Shown: piece after piece, positions 47,545 through 60,144 of the stretch | Numbering within the stretch: position 1 is the stretch's first letter | Layout: every line of letters begins with the position of its first letter | Source of the DNA: an uncultured virus (IMG/VR IMGVR_UViG_3300002220_006884) | Lineage: Duplodnaviria > Heunggongvirae > Uroviricota > Caudoviricetes | Reading direction: 5' to 3' (one strand) | DNA length: 64,000 nt | IMG/VR virus record: IMGVR_UViG_3300002220_006884 | Position numbers and translations under genes: made by a program | The notes under the pieces: model-generated | Databases searched by the model: none | Told to the model about the DNA's origin: nothing | Seen by the model: only the letters and a program-made list of their open reading frames with translations

Positions 47545-49868
47545 TTGGAGGAAATGATGAAATCATTGAAAAGAAGTATTGAATTTTATAAAAAAATGTT
47601 TTGTCTTTTTGGACAAATTACTTTTCTTTGTTTGTTCTTCTTTGTAATTAGTTTTGTTGAAAGTATTTGGCAAGGTGAACCCTTAACTAAATTTACCATT
47701 TTAACTGGATTAAGTGCTTTGGTGTTATCTCTTCCTTCCATTGACTATTATCTTAATTTTAAATTTCTTGAAAATATTTTTGATGATGTTCCAGAAATTC
47801 CACAACACTTATACTACTCACGTAAATCATTTTAAATTAATTAACTAATTGAAAGAAAGAAAAAATGTTTAATATTTTTAAAAAAGAAAACAAAACAAAA
47901 AAAGAAATGATCGGAACTATTGAAAGAATTGGTATTGCACCTAGTTCAGAGTTCACATTAAAATATTTTTTAAAAATGAAGGATTGCCCTACTGTTTTTG
48001 AATATTTTATGGCTGGTCAAAATAGTTCAATGCTTGATGTTATCTTTGCAAAAGAAGGTGATAATGTTTCTTTTATTTATGGTAAAAGAAATGATGTTGA
48101 ACAAGAGAGTTTTAAAAACTTGAGCTATAAAGTTTAAATGGGGTAATTTAAAATGATAAAAAATAATGATATTATTGATAAAGAAAATATGAATACTGTT
48201 GCCGTTGGAACAGTTTTAGTAGAATATTTTCCTGGTTCAAAAGCAAAAGAAAAAAATTATGCAATTATGACAAAAGATGGGGTGAAATATTTTCAATATA
48301 GTTGGTATTTGAAAAGGTTTGCATATGATCCAGCAGAAAATGGAATTGGTATCAGTTGGACTATGTTAGATATTACAAAATTCAAAGTAGTTGAAATTAT
48401 TAAATTAAAATAATTATAGAAGGTATTTAGCTACCTTTAAATATAATAATTTATTTAAATTTAATGATTAAATGATGATATAATATCAACATCAAAACAC
48501 ATTTGGAGTTAACATGTTATCTACAAAAGATTTAGCAGAAAAAACAAGTGATTCATATTCTTATAATCGTTATAATTCATGGGAAGCTTGTGTTAAAAAA
48601 TTAAGAGCATTTGGCTGTAATGATAAAGAAGTTGAATCAATTCTTCGTTCAAAGTGGACTCGTTGGGCAGCCGATTCTTCAAATAATCCTTATGGTAAGG
48701 CTTCTGGTGTTGATTTAATGAATTACATTAAAAAATGTGAAACAAGAGCTTCAATTGAACAATTAACTAAAGAATCAAAAATAGCTTAAAAGAAATTTAA
48801 ATGTATTAATCGTAGGAGGTATTATGAAATCAGTTGGAAAATCAAATGATGGTCGTCAAATTTATTTATTGTGGACCACTACTGAAGACTCTAAGTTAGT
48901 CCAAGTGGAAGCCCTTAAAAATACAACAAATGAAGCTTATTGGGTTCCAAAACTTGGGTTTACGGGTAATTTAGGCACAAGTCTTTTTGAAGAAAAAAGT
49001 GGTGCTTACTATGCTGAAAAACAGAAGTTGTTAAATAAAGAACAATCTTTAGAAAAAAGCAAACGAAACCTTGAGTTAACAAAGTAATTAATTATTAAAG
49101 GAATAAAAATGAAAACAAATCATCAACGTAATTTTAAAAGTTCTTATAATCCACAAAGTTATAGAACTAAATATGTAGTAGGTGGAAATAGTATTAAATC
49201 AGAATTAGCAGATAGGACGATTAGTGCTGCCGCTTATTTACCAGATACAGAGACTCTTAGTGCCAAAAAAAGAACTAGGGAAAACAAAGCTGGGGCAAAG
49301 AAATATGTTCGCACAAGAGTTAGGTTTCATGAAAATGATGTGACTAAAAAATTGAGTAAAGAATATATTTAAGCGAGTGTAAAGTAGTGGTATAATTCAT
49401 TGTATGAAACCATACAATTATTTAAAATGAATATTTCACAAGAAATTAAAAATAAAATTAATAAGCATTATGAAGGTGCTTATATTAACTATGCAGATTT
49501 GTCTAATCATCTAATGCTAAATAGAATTGATAGTAGTGACCCAATTGTTAAACATAATGGATACGATAAGCCATTTAATGAGTTATATCCTATTGTTTTT
49601 TACTATGAAGATAATTCTATGCTAATTATTACTGGGAATACAGTAGTCGTCGCTAATAAAAACGAGGAATAAGAAAATGAAAGAAATATTTTTAAATGAA
49701 AATGAGGATTGCCAATGGTTAATGGAAACACATTTGAAAAATAAAGATTATCCTAAGTTTAAATCTTTTGTATTACATGGTAATGAAGATTGTCTAGAAA
49801 AAGTAGAATTATATTCTAATTTAGAACCAACAATTACAGATATTCCAAGTGTTATCAGTTTTGATTAA
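47545..49868 (+). other. Run of small hypothetical genes (47545-47835 membrane, 47865-48137, 48153-48413, 48514-48789, 48824-49087, 49109-49372, 49400-49672, 49677-49868)
   Basis: Co-oriented short ORFs with RBS and repeated TG-x-TATAAT promoters. Confidence 0.6.
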
Positions 49869-49931
49869 GTCAAAAAAATGAATTTTATGGTATAATCACA
49901 CTTTCAGAAACAATTTAATTAGGAGTTAATT

Positions 49932-50393
49932 ATGGGCCTAGATATGTATTTAAATGCGGAACGTTTCCTTAGTGATTATTTTACAAAAGGTGATGATGAA
50001 AAGGCAGCCCAAATTCAAAAGCTATTCCCTGAATTAGTTAATGCCAGGGTTCGTAAAGTAATTTTTGAAGTTGGTTATTGGCGTAAAGCTAATTCTATTC
50101 ATAATTGGTTTGTAACCAATGTTCAAAATGGAGTTGATGATTGTGGTGATTATCGTGTTTCTAAAGAAAAACTAAAAGAACTTAAAACTCTAGTTAGTGA
50201 AGTTATTAAGAGTTTCAATAAGAAAAACAAAAGTGTGGTTAAATCAATTTTGCCACCAACAAGTGGATTTTTCTTCGGTAGCACAGAAATAGATGAATAT
50301 TATCTTGAAGATATGAAAACCACAAAGAAGATTTTAAATGAAGCTTTAAAAATGCCAGATAATGTTGAGTTTAAATACCATTCAAGTTGGTGA
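49932..50393 (+). CDS. Conserved phage protein (MGLDMY...YWRKAN-x-IH-x-WF type)
   Basis: Motifs MGLDMY, YWRKANSIHNWF, GFFFGS, Y-x-SSW. Confidence 0.7.
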   Translation: MGLDMYLNAERFLSDYFTKGDDEKAAQIQKLFPELVNARVRKVIFEVGYWRKANSIHNWFVTNVQNGVDDCGDYRVSKEKLKELKTLVSEVIKSFNKKNKSVVKSILPPTSGFFFGSTEIDEYYLEDMKTTKKILNEALKMPDNVEFKYHSSW

Positions 50394-50407
50394 TGATGGT
50401 GTAAAAA

Positions 50408-51058
50408 TCAAACCCTTTTTTTGTGTATATTAATTGGATTTGGTTTTATGCTTAATATTTCAATATTTTTTTCATTTATTCTATTCTTAGAATAAATGAA
50501 TTCATATGAGTTATTATTTGTAATAGCATTATATTTCGCTTGAGTTTTAGAAATTATTTGTAATCTTCTGGCTGTATTGTTTTCTACTAATTCAATAAGT
50601 TTTTCTTTCATAATTATATTGTCAATATAACTTGGTTGATGTTGTTCAAGTTCTATTTCTTCATAATTTGATAATTCATTATTACCTGGTTTAGCTTTAT
50701 ATTTTACATTTTGAACAAGAGGTCGAAATGAATTTGGCATAATAGTTACTAAATTATAAACATCTTCATTTCTATTTTTAGTTAATAAAAATAGAATATT
50801 TTCTTTTTTTAATTCTAAAAAAACATAATCAGAATTAAAACCATAGTTTTCATATAGTTTTAACATGTTTTCTGTATTATTTAAATATGATTTATTTTCT
50901 TGGCAATCCTCAAAAATTTGATTAAATATATACTTAATTGGAGCAAAACCTTGATTTCTTTCCCAGGTTTTTATTTCAATAATATTATTACAAAATTGAG
51001 GGAAACGTTCTTGTAATCTCTCTACAGCATGGAAGGTTAATTTATAATTTAATTTCAT
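50408..51058 (-). CDS. Hypothetical protein with T-x-HA-x-ER N-terminus (BECR/RelE-like fold possible)
   Basis: LTFHAVERLQERF...LVTI. Confidence 0.45.
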   Translation of the reverse strand: MKLNYKLTFHAVERLQERFPQFCNNIIEIKTWERNQGFAPIKYIFNQIFEDCQENKSYLNNTENMLKLYENYGFNSDYVFLELKKENILFLLTKNRNEDVYNLVTIMPNSFRPLVQNVKYKAKPGNNELSNYEEIELEQHQPSYIDNIIMKEKLIELVENNTARRLQIISKTQAKYNAITNNNSYEFIYSKNRINEKNIEILSIKPNPINIHKKRV

Positions 51059-51186
51059 AAATTAATTATATTAAATAATTTAAATATTTCAATAGTAACT
51101 AAAGGTTAGAATGATAGTTTAAATGAATATTTGAAGATTAAAATCAATCGTTCTAAAGTAGGAATTGACTACATTAATGTAGTTAG

Positions 51187-51831
51187 TTACCAACCATAGC
51201 TGTGAATAAACTGATACCCTTTATATTTATTCATGGGAATTGTCATGTCTATTTCATTGAATGGTATTCCTCTTAGCTTTAAAACTCTTAGAAATTCATT
51301 TAAGACATGTTCTATTGCCGTATTTAATGCTATATCTACTTCTGCGAATTCTTTTCTGTTTAAAAAGTTAATATAGCTCATAGGGCAAGTCATTATAATA
51401 CTTTCACCACCTGATTCATATTTAGGCGTAGCCATACAAGTGAGTTTAGCAAATTGTGCAGAATAAACATGTAATGGAAGTGGAGTTTCATAAGCAGGAT
51501 TTGCTATTTTTTCCATCCAATCTGCTGGAGCAAGAGGTAAATCTTCAAAATTAAACAATTTTCCTGTGAATGATTGTTTGGCTATACCTTCAAAATCATC
51601 TTTAAATTGTTCTGATATTTCTAAATTATTTTCTCTGATAATTTTTTGCCATTCATTAGCTTGCTTTGAATATGTTATTTGGGTTAAGTATCTAGCAATA
51701 GAATTTTGATAGCCTGAAGCAATCATTAAGAATAAGGCAATAGGAATATTGCCTTTAGAACCAATAAAGTAAGTGTATTCTTCTTTGTGGTAATTATCTT
51801 CTTTTCTTATTCCTAATTTATTTAAATTCAT
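51187..51831 (-). CDS. Hypothetical protein
   Basis: 214 aa ORF operonic with 51846..53840. Confidence 0.6.
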   Translation of the reverse strand: MNLNKLGIRKEDNYHKEEYTYFIGSKGNIPIALFLMIASGYQNSIARYLTQITYSKQANEWQKIIRENNLEISEQFKDDFEGIAKQSFTGKLFNFEDLPLAPADWMEKIANPAYETPLPLHVYSAQFAKLTCMATPKYESGGESIIMTCPMSYINFLNRKEFAEVDIALNTAIEHVLNEFLRVLKLRGIPFNEIDMTIPMNKYKGYQFIHSYGW

Positions 51832-51845
51832 ATGTATGTAACCTT

Positions 51846-53840
51846 TTAAAAAAAATGATTAAACTCAGTTAGTGTGTTAGCTTTTCTTGTTCTATTAAAT
51901 CCATTATCATTTTGAGATAATGTTGAATCAATAATGTTGTCTTTTTTCATTTGTTCCCATGCCATATTTTTCAATTCAAAAAAATTATAATCAAGGTTGG
52001 TAAAAATATCTGCATAATGAAATGGTTTTTTTGCTATGGCTGAGCATAATCTAAACATATTGGCTTGATATGGTCCAGACCAATTAATAGAGTTGATTTC
52101 AATGGGAACAACTGATTGATGTTCGTCAGACCAAGCAATATCTAATACATAGTTTTTATACTCTGGATACTTTTCTTTCATTTCTTTACAAAATGTTCTT
52201 AAAAATTTAGCATATTGAAATGTCCTATTCCTATCAATGTTTGTATCTGTAGCGTTGTGTCCATCAGACAATCTTGGATCAAATCTTCCATTTAACCAAC
52301 AATTGAGTGGGACAGTATTTCTAAAGCAAGCTGTCGTTGAAACAGGTTTATGATCAATAATGAAGGTTCTATATTCATTTTGTAAATTTAAAACTTCACT
52401 AACAAAAAAACATTTTAAATCACGAGTAAACCAATGGCTAAATAGGTTTCCCTCTAAGTTATAATCAAATATTAATTTACTATTTAGTAAAGTAAAAAGT
52501 AAAGATTCTGTGAAGAAGTTTAAAAATGAAAGATGACTATACTTAGGTTCCTCTTGATACTTCCGAATTACATCTAAAGGGTTAAAAAATGTTAATGATT
52601 TATGTGAGCCATTATTCTTTTTGAAAAATCCAAGAGAAGAGTCTTTTTTGGGATTAATTATTTCACAATGAGTTTTGTGAGCAATTGTTTTGTAAAAAAA
52701 AGAGCAAACATTAAGTACTTCATCTGTTTGAACATTTGAAAATTCAAAATCGTGACTACAATAATTATTATTAATTAATTCATCTAAGTTAGTTTTTTGA
52801 TTTTCGGTTAAAATTTCTTTTGTTTGATTCAATAAAAATAAAGCTAAATCACGAAAGCTAGCTAAAAAATTATTTCTTTTGCAGTATTTTTGGAATACTT
52901 CATTTTCCCAAAAGTTTTCAACATTAATATTAGTTAATGGATTTATTTTACAGTCTTCTTTTTGTGATAAAAGCAATGCTGGAACAAATGAATTGCCTTT
53001 AGGAACTCCTAATATAAAATCAAAATCATTTTTATTTAATTGAGAAAATTTTTCCCAGGCCAAAGTATCTCTACTAATAGGAGCAGTTAGCGTATATACA
53101 TCACCAAAAGTTGTTTCTCCAATAAAAAAACAATCACCATATTGAGTGGAGGCAATAATAAAAGAAATTTCATCAGAAATATGATGGAAAAGTCCTCTAG
53201 ACTTAATTTTAACCCAATCATCATTAGGCCATGGAAAAGAAAAGTTAGAAAGAGGTATGATTAAGTCTTTTAAATCAAATAAATTATTTGGACTTAAATT
53301 TTTTAAATTTAAAGTGGTGTTTTGGTTTTTTTGATAATGAAACTTTTCAAAAGTAATGTCTGGAATATTATTTTTATTCCGAATATAATTATTAATGTAA
53401 AGAGTTTGCCATAATAAGTTACTAGATTCAATATTTGTATCTTTAGGTAACCATTTTGTAAAATCTTCAATTAATAGTGGATTAATCAATCCACCTTCTA
53501 AATAAACTCCAAATTTAATATTTTCAGTAAGATTATATGGTGAGTTATCTGTTAATTCAATAATTCGGTGAAATAATCCAAGAGAAAAAGTATAAGTAAT
53601 TAACTTACCAAAAGAAAATGAGTCAAGATTGTAAGTGGAATAAATATTTACTTTAGAAAGAAAATCTATGATTTTCTCATTTAAAGTATTAGTTGATTTT
53701 AATTCTATTTTAGTGAATTTAGTATCAATTAAGAATTGAATAAGCCAATATTCTAAGGTTGTAGTATTAAATGGATTATTCTGAGATAAAACTTTAATAT
53801 TTTTATTATTTAGGTGAGTTAAATTAAAATTTAAAAGCAT
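51846..53840 (-). CDS. Large protein with C-terminal ATP-grasp (R2K/DUF4343-like) domain
   Basis: FVSEV...EYRTFI...YVLDIA...PIEINS..WSG-x-Y. Confidence 0.6.
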   Translation of the reverse strand: MLLNFNLTHLNNKNIKVLSQNNPFNTTTLEYWLIQFLIDTKFTKIELKSTNTLNEKIIDFLSKVNIYSTYNLDSFSFGKLITYTFSLGLFHRIIELTDNSPYNLTENIKFGVYLEGGLINPLLIEDFTKWLPKDTNIESSNLLWQTLYINNYIRNKNNIPDITFEKFHYQKNQNTTLNLKNLSPNNLFDLKDLIIPLSNFSFPWPNDDWVKIKSRGLFHHISDEISFIIASTQYGDCFFIGETTFGDVYTLTAPISRDTLAWEKFSQLNKNDFDFILGVPKGNSFVPALLLSQKEDCKINPLTNINVENFWENEVFQKYCKRNNFLASFRDLALFLLNQTKEILTENQKTNLDELINNNYCSHDFEFSNVQTDEVLNVCSFFYKTIAHKTHCEIINPKKDSSLGFFKKNNGSHKSLTFFNPLDVIRKYQEEPKYSHLSFLNFFTESLLFTLLNSKLIFDYNLEGNLFSHWFTRDLKCFFVSEVLNLQNEYRTFIIDHKPVSTTACFRNTVPLNCWLNGRFDPRLSDGHNATDTNIDRNRTFQYAKFLRTFCKEMKEKYPEYKNYVLDIAWSDEHQSVVPIEINSINWSGPYQANMFRLCSAIAKKPFHYADIFTNLDYNFFELKNMAWEQMKKDNIIDSTLSQNDNGFNRTRKANTLTEFNHFF

Positions 53841-53843
53841 ATT

Positions 53844-54026
53844 TTAAAACATTGCTGCCATTTCTGATTTTCCAGCTTTAATCCCACGTTCATATGCTTC
53901 ACGTTGATAAAAGTCAATCATGCGAGAAAGGGTATCATGAATTTTACCTTGACCAATAGAAATACAAATTTCACCAACCCAAAAAGAAATTTGTTCTTTG
54001 CGAGATTTTTGAAGAATATGTTCCAT
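53844..54026 (-). CDS. Small hypothetical protein
   Basis: AAGGT RBS, first gene of operon. Confidence 0.5.
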   Translation of the reverse strand: MEHILQKSRKEQISFWVGEICISIGQGKIHDTLSRMIDFYQREAYERGIKAGKSEMAAMF

Positions 54027-54136
54027 TATTTACCTTTAGTTAATTTTTTAAAATTGAATTGTATCATAATTAAGTTGATTCCAATTTATTTTTTTGATAA
54101 TTAATTGAAATACAATGAATATGAAAGAAAATTAAT

Positions 54137-55006
54137 ATGAAAAACAAGAGAATTTTATATAAAAAATTATTAACAACAGTTGTTTTAATGACTTGTAGCC
54201 AGGCTTTCTCCACAACATGTACAGATATATCAGGACACTACTTTATAGGAGGGGTAACCCCTTCTTTGGCTCCTGGAATAGAGTCAGTTCTTGAGGCAAT
54301 GAAGATTAGTAATGGTGGACTTGCAGATAGTGAAATTAAAATTAATAATTCAGATACAGAAATTTCATTATGGATAAAGCGGGGTAGAAATAATAACTTT
54401 AGGGTTTCGCCAGATGTTCAATTACAAAATACAATAGATTTTGAATGTAAAGGAAAATCGGTTTTTTTAAAAACAACTCCACGTTCAGGAAAAAAGTTAG
54501 AAAATATATATTTAAAAGGTATATCTACAGTAAGATTAGAAAAAAATAACTCTCAAGGGTTAACACTTATATCTGAGTTTATTGGGAGTGAACAAGTAGG
54601 AATATACTCATATGAATCAGCAAACATATCAATTAACAAACTAGGAACAAAACAAATTATTAGAGATACAATTTTGTGGCCTATTTTCTCAGAAGATTTA
54701 CTATCAAAACCTGCACAAGTTGTTATTCCAGAAAATAAAGATATTGAAGCTGTTAGAAAATTACTGAGTGTTTCAGTAATGGGCAATATACCTATTGGTG
54801 GAATTAGAAAAGAAAAAAGTGAAGTTATCGTTACCTTAAATATTCCAAAAGAAAAAGATATTAAATCATTAGAAAATCGTTTAGTTCAAGCAAAAATTGA
54901 TTACAGAATAAAAGAGCAACCTAAGTGGTCTGATAGGGGATATTACACCTTAATAGTTGTTCAGCCTAAACCTCTTGCATCATATAGTAGTGAAGTTAAA
55001 AACTAA
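54137..55006 (+). CDS. Exported hypothetical protein
   Basis: Signal-peptide-like N-terminus ending SQAFS. Confidence 0.6.
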   Translation: MKNKRILYKKLLTTVVLMTCSQAFSTTCTDISGHYFIGGVTPSLAPGIESVLEAMKISNGGLADSEIKINNSDTEISLWIKRGRNNNFRVSPDVQLQNTIDFECKGKSVFLKTTPRSGKKLENIYLKGISTVRLEKNNSQGLTLISEFIGSEQVGIYSYESANISINKLGTKQIIRDTILWPIFSEDLLSKPAQVVIPENKDIEAVRKLLSVSVMGNIPIGGIRKEKSEVIVTLNIPKEKDIKSLENRLVQAKIDYRIKEQPKWSDRGYYTLIVVQPKPLASYSSEVKN

Positions 55007-55258
55007 GCTGTTAAGTTTTATTAAATATATAAATTTTATCATTATTTTGAGTAATTTAAAAAAATAAATAGAATTAATTAGTTAAAAATAGTATCGTGGA
55101 ACATATGAAAACTAAAGGTATTAAAATGAATAATCTTTTAACTAACATTAATATTTCTCAACAAATTTTAAATAAAATTAATCAGTATTATGAATAATGA
55201 AAAGTTACCAAAAATGTTGAAACTAAATTAAATAAACCAAAGATTTAATTTTTTCTAG

Positions 55259-55498
55259 TTATGAAATTAGAAACAAGAAAAAAAGAATGATTAGTATTGT
55301 AGTGATTGGTCGGGTTCTACAAAATCCATTGGTTATTTGAGCACCATCCATTAAATAGTAAAGAGGCTTATTAGGATGTGAAGATTTTATATGGAAGCAT
55401 AAAGAAGTTAAATCTTCATTACTTACATTATCCTTATTCGATGTAAGATTATTGTAGTTGGAAGATAATGATGAAGGTATATGATGAATGATTGTCAT
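55259..55498 (-). CDS. Small hypothetical protein with C-terminal hydrophobic tail
   Basis: AGGAG RBS. Confidence 0.4.
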   Translation of the reverse strand: MTIIHHIPSSLSSNYNNLTSNKDNVSNEDLTSLCFHIKSSHPNKPLYYLMDGAQITNGFCRTRPITTILIILFFLFLIS

Positions 55499-55713
55499 AA
55501 CACTCTCCTATTTGTTTAGAACTTCAGTGTGTCAATAAATAAACTGTGTGTCTGTATGCTAGCACACATAATATATTGATGCAACCACATTTAAGAGTAT
55601 TAATTTTAATATGTATTAAAAAAAAGTAAATAAAATAGTAAAAAATGAAATTTAACATTTTTAAAAAATATAGTGATATAATGAAGATATTAAATAATTT
55701 GAAAGATTAAATC

Positions 55714-56058
55714 ATGTTAAAAACAATGAGTTTATCAGGAGTTTCACTTGATTGGGCTGTAGCAAAAGCTAAGAATTGGGTTGAAGACTCAGATGTTGAA
55801 TGGTTTTTAAAAGAGAAACCATATTGTGTTTCAACAGATGAATCAAAAGGAAAGTCAATTATTGATAGTGAAAAAATTGAATTTTTCACACAAGATTCAT
55901 GGCAAGATATTCATGGGAATTTTTATTCAATTCCTTCTGCAAAACATCCATTAGGGAACAAGATTTTTCAAGGTGAAACAAAATTGGAAGCTGCTATGAG
56001 ATGTATTGTTCATGCATACTTAGGAGATGAAGTTAATATTCCATCATTGATTAAATAA
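55714..56058 (+). CDS. Phage NinX/DUF2591-like protein
   Basis: LSG-x-x-LDWAVAKA...ST-D...G-x-T-x-L-x-AAMRCIV...LGDEV-x-IP. Confidence 0.7.
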   Translation: MLKTMSLSGVSLDWAVAKAKNWVEDSDVEWFLKEKPYCVSTDESKGKSIIDSEKIEFFTQDSWQDIHGNFYSIPSAKHPLGNKIFQGETKLEAAMRCIVHAYLGDEVNIPSLIK

Positions 56059-56598
56059 TGGGTAGTATTTATTGAACAAATCAGGATAAAAAATATGAAA
56101 TTTTCATCTTTAATTGCTTTAACCATGATGTCGCTTTCATTGAATGTGTATGCATTCAATGAATATACTAAAAGAAAAATATGAAAGAGTGGATTGTAAT
56201 GATTGGGTTAGTCCTCAAGAAATTCACGAAACTAAATCATTAAATCAGGAGGATATTAAAGAAAAACAATGTCGTATTGATTAATACAAACTTTAAGATT
56301 CTTGCTTATTAATTAAATAATAGAGTTTCTTAATCAAAACAAAAAAAATTTAAGAATAATTTATGCTATAATAACATCAATCTAAACATCCAAGAGATAT
56401 AAAATGACAATTAAAGAATTTCAACCAAACAAGACAATTGGATCAAAATCTGTTAACTGTGCATATCTGAAAACAAATATTAATGCAGAAAAGATGAATG
56501 AAATATACACAAATAAACAAACTAATCAATAAGTTTGGTCTAAAAAATTTAACACTAGAATAATTCAGCACATAAATTTAATAATTAAGGAATATATT

Positions 56599-57000
56599 AT
56601 GCATAATTTCACAACAAAAACACTTGTTGGTTTTTCTATTATTGGCAAAATGAATATGAGCAATGTAGCATTTCTTCTTATGGGGCAATATGATTTAGAA
56701 ATGAAGTGTGCTTTCTTTTACACACATATGAAAAAACCCCCAACAAGCCTTGAGGATTTGGAAGTTCCTGAAGTATTAGAGACATTGGAACGGTTTAAAG
56801 ATATGTATCGGAAAGACGTTCAGATGATTTTTGCTCAAGCCGCTAAAGAAGATAAGCATCAACTTTTAGATAGTTTGAAAAATACCAATAAACCACATGA
56901 AATGGGAACTGTTACAGAAATTGCATTAAAATATAATGTGTCAAAAAGTGAGGTTCGTCGTCGCAAATTAGAGGGAACCTTAGCTGAATTGGCTGTTTAA
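56599..57000 (+). CDS. Hypothetical protein with C-terminal HTH-like motif
   Basis: TVTEIALKYNVSKSEVRR. Confidence 0.6.
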   Translation: MHNFTTKTLVGFSIIGKMNMSNVAFLLMGQYDLEMKCAFFYTHMKKPPTSLEDLEVPEVLETLERFKDMYRKDVQMIFAQAAKEDKHQLLDSLKNTNKPHEMGTVTEIALKYNVSKSEVRRRKLEGTLAELAV

Positions 57001-57016
57001 TATTTAAAGAAAATAT

Positions 57017-57091
57017 CGGTCTATAGTACAACGGATAGTGCAGTTGCCTTCTAAGCAATGAATGTGGGTTCGATTCCTGCTAGACCGACCA
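57017..57091 (+). tRNA. tRNA-Arg(TCT), uninterrupted
   Basis: GTTGC-CTTCTAA-GCAAT, cloverleaf, CCA, terminator after. Confidence 0.92.
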
Positions 57092-57207
57092 AGTTAAAAG
57101 CCTAAATGTTTATATTTGGGCTTTTTTAGTATAAAAATATACAATTATGATATTTAATAAACATTATTAGATATATAATAAAGAATGACTTTTAAGATTG
57201 GATTGTT

Positions 57208-57750
57208 ATGAAAATTGGAATTGAAATTAAATCTATTGGTTATACACATGATTATGGAGATTTAATTGGAGATTATGAAAAATATATTCGTGAATTTTCT
57301 GAAGAAGATTTAAGTGGTTTGAATGTATTAAATTTAAAATATTTCTCACCAAATACTTGGTCATCAATTCTTAATAATGAAGTTTTTAACATTGTTCAAT
57401 TTAAAGAACTGATGGAATTAACAACTTATGAGTGTCCATACACTCAACGTAATTATACTGCATTGGTTCCTATATCTATCTGGTCAAAAGATGTAGAAAA
57501 ATACTTTTCAACAAGTAGAAATAATTATATAAAAGATATGGCCTGCGACAAAGAGTGGAACTTAAGAGATGTTGAGTTGTCTAGCTTTAAAAATATTGAA
57601 TTGTCTAATATTCAAAAATTGCTATTGGGTTCTGGATATACTTATGGAACATCAATAAATGATGGTTCAAATAGTGTTGTTCCAGTTTTCATTGATTTAG
57701 ATAATGGCGACTTAATGTATGCTGCCACCTTTGTTTGGCATAATAAATAA
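57208..57750 (+). CDS. Hypothetical protein
   Basis: 180 aa ORF with own promoter. Confidence 0.6.
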   Translation: MKIGIEIKSIGYTHDYGDLIGDYEKYIREFSEEDLSGLNVLNLKYFSPNTWSSILNNEVFNIVQFKELMELTTYECPYTQRNYTALVPISIWSKDVEKYFSTSRNNYIKDMACDKEWNLRDVELSSFKNIELSNIQKLLLGSGYTYGTSINDGSNSVVPVFIDLDNGDLMYAATFVWHNK

Positions 57751-57776
57751 AATAAATATTGATATATTCTTTCATT

Positions 57777-59960
57777 TTATTCCTTCTCATTAAATTTTAA
57801 ATAATGGTTTCTAAAATTAATTAAATCAAGACAAGAATCAGAATCATCTTGAGGTCCATAGTTAGTAATGAATTTTTCATTACTAACTATTTGAAAATCA
57901 AAAGCTTCCCCATTATATTTAAAAAGAACAATTTCCAAACTATCTTTAATCACATTAAAATAAGATTTGTAAAAATTAATAAATAGTTGAAAATCATTAT
58001 GTGTAATGAAAACATAAGCATAAATATTAATATTGTTTTCTTTATTTTCATCACACCATATTTCAAATACAGGAAGGTTATCATTAGTTAGTCCTAAAGA
58101 AATAATAGGACCATCATAATAAAGAATATCCTTTAAAAATTTAAAATCTATTAGTTTATTTATTTTCATTTTGGTAGTCCTTAGTTTATTATTTAAAGTG
58201 TTCATTTTTATATTTAACTAACCAATCATGAGCAAATTTAGCTTCAGCTTTCCAACGAGGAATATATTGTTCAAATCCACCTACTTTTCCCCAATTTTCA
58301 CTAATGAAATCATCAGGATTAATTTCATAATTGTCTAAACTTAAAATTGCTTCTTCGATACTTTTTTCATTATATTTACCAAATGCTCCATTGATTTTAT
58401 AAGCAGAGTGCTTTCCTATGCCTGGCATAGTATTAATTCCAAGTAAAGATTCTGCTTGACACTTAGAGCATGAACAAGCAACACATGTGCAATCACCTAC
58501 ATGATAAGATTGTAATTCTTCAAGATAATGTTCTAATAGAGTATCACATCTTTTATCAATGGGAGACTTATCATCAGAAAAGTAATAGTCGGTATCAACT
58601 TCTTTTCTAGCCTTTTCTAAGTTGAAATATTTTTCTTCTAAATACATGGAGGCACTTGAAAGTAATTCTTCCATTTCCGAAATTTTTATTTTAAGCCATA
58701 ATTCCTTTTTTTCATATTCTTCTAGGTCAATAGTGGTGTAAAGTGGATTTTTGTTATAGTTAATTTTCATTTTAATTCCTTAATTTAATTGTTATATATT
58801 TAATTTATTGTGACTTCAATTGTTTCTGTTGGAAGTTGATTCTTTTCATACTCAAAGAGTTCATCCCAAGTGGCAGAAAAATAGTCATACTCATCTCGAC
58901 CATAAGGGTGTTCTTGAATCCAGGTTAAACGAATTCCGTTTTCATCAATATCAACCTCACTAGGTTCAAGATATCCACCCCAACGAGAACGAGGGCAAGA
59001 ATTGGCACTAATAGATAAATCATGAGCAAACCCCATATATTTTTCTTTAATTGCTTCAATTTCTTTTTCAACAGCATAAATTTGTGAGTTCATGTTTTTT
59101 TCAATAGTGGAAATTTCTGAATATAATTCAGCAGTTTTATCTTTCTTTTCTTGGGTAAGTTTTTTGAGTTGAGAAAAATGTTGATTAATAATGTTCATAA
59201 TAATATCCTAAGTTAATTTCCATATTTAGCTTGTAATTGAGCAAGTTGAGCACGCTCAATCTGTTCAAAACGTTCTCTTTCTTTTTGTTTCTTTAGTGAA
59301 TCTTCTTGTTCTTTTTTTAATTTAATTGCTGTATCTTTTTGAATTTGGATTTTTTTTAATTCTTCATATTTTTTATCTGATATATCTCTAATTAAGTCTG
59401 ATTCTTCATCAATATATAAAAGTTCTTCTTTAGATAAAAAATCATGATATTCATCTTCATTTAAACCATTAATTAAAATCGTAAATTCAGTATCTTCATT
59501 ATTAAATTTATTTTCACCCATAGCGTCACCAGCACTTTTAGTATCAGTAAAATATTGAATTTTTAATTCAGATTCTTTGCCACTATTGTAATCACCACAA
59601 CGGTCATGCCATCCCTCTTCACCAGGAATATAAGTAATTAATGTATAGATATTTTGTTTCATTTGATTTCTCCTTTTAAGTTTAACGAACAAAGTTTTGC
59701 ACACTAACATCTACACTGTTAAGGTGTATAAAAATGTTAAATACAAAGTGGTATAGCTCTAATGTAAGAATAACATTAGAGAAAATAGAACGAGATAATT
59801 TTTTGCTAGTGAAAGCAAAATTTAAAATAAAGTGTTTTGTTTTTTCTACAAGGATAATACTGAGAAGTATTCCAATAGTAGAGAGGATGTATAAATATAA
59901 AGAATGAGAAATAATTTTTACATATTGTAAAAACTTAAAGCCAGTTTGTGTTTGAAACAC
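57777..59960 (-). other. Minus-strand operon of hypothetical genes (57777-58205, 58189-58770 with C-x-C-x-x-C-x-C-x-x-C, 58800-59198, 59213-59710, possibly 59682-59960)
   Basis: Co-oriented adjacent ORFs with AGGA RBS. Confidence 0.6.
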
Positions 59961-60144
59961 ATTTGGGAAAATCTACATCATTTTATTTACCTTTTAAAGT
60001 TTATTAGTGTGACTATTATATTACTAAAATGAAATAAAAGTCAACAAGTTTTTTTATAAAATATAAAACTTATTAAAAAATGTGTTAATATGTTATAGCT
60101 TTGAAGCACAACATCGTAAAGCCAGTTAATTTAGGATATAAAAT

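Noticed and set aside
55126..55197. Short ORF resembling the start of 49400..49672 (NISQQILNKINQYYE)
   Set aside because: Stops after about 23 codons; probably a decayed fragment, too weak to call
3181..55889. Numerous short antisense or alternate-frame ORFs (e.g. 3611, 5766, 9512, 11605, 20844, 35378, 40112, 54553)
   Set aside because: Nested opposite better-supported genes, low-complexity Phe/Ile-rich translations, no RBS
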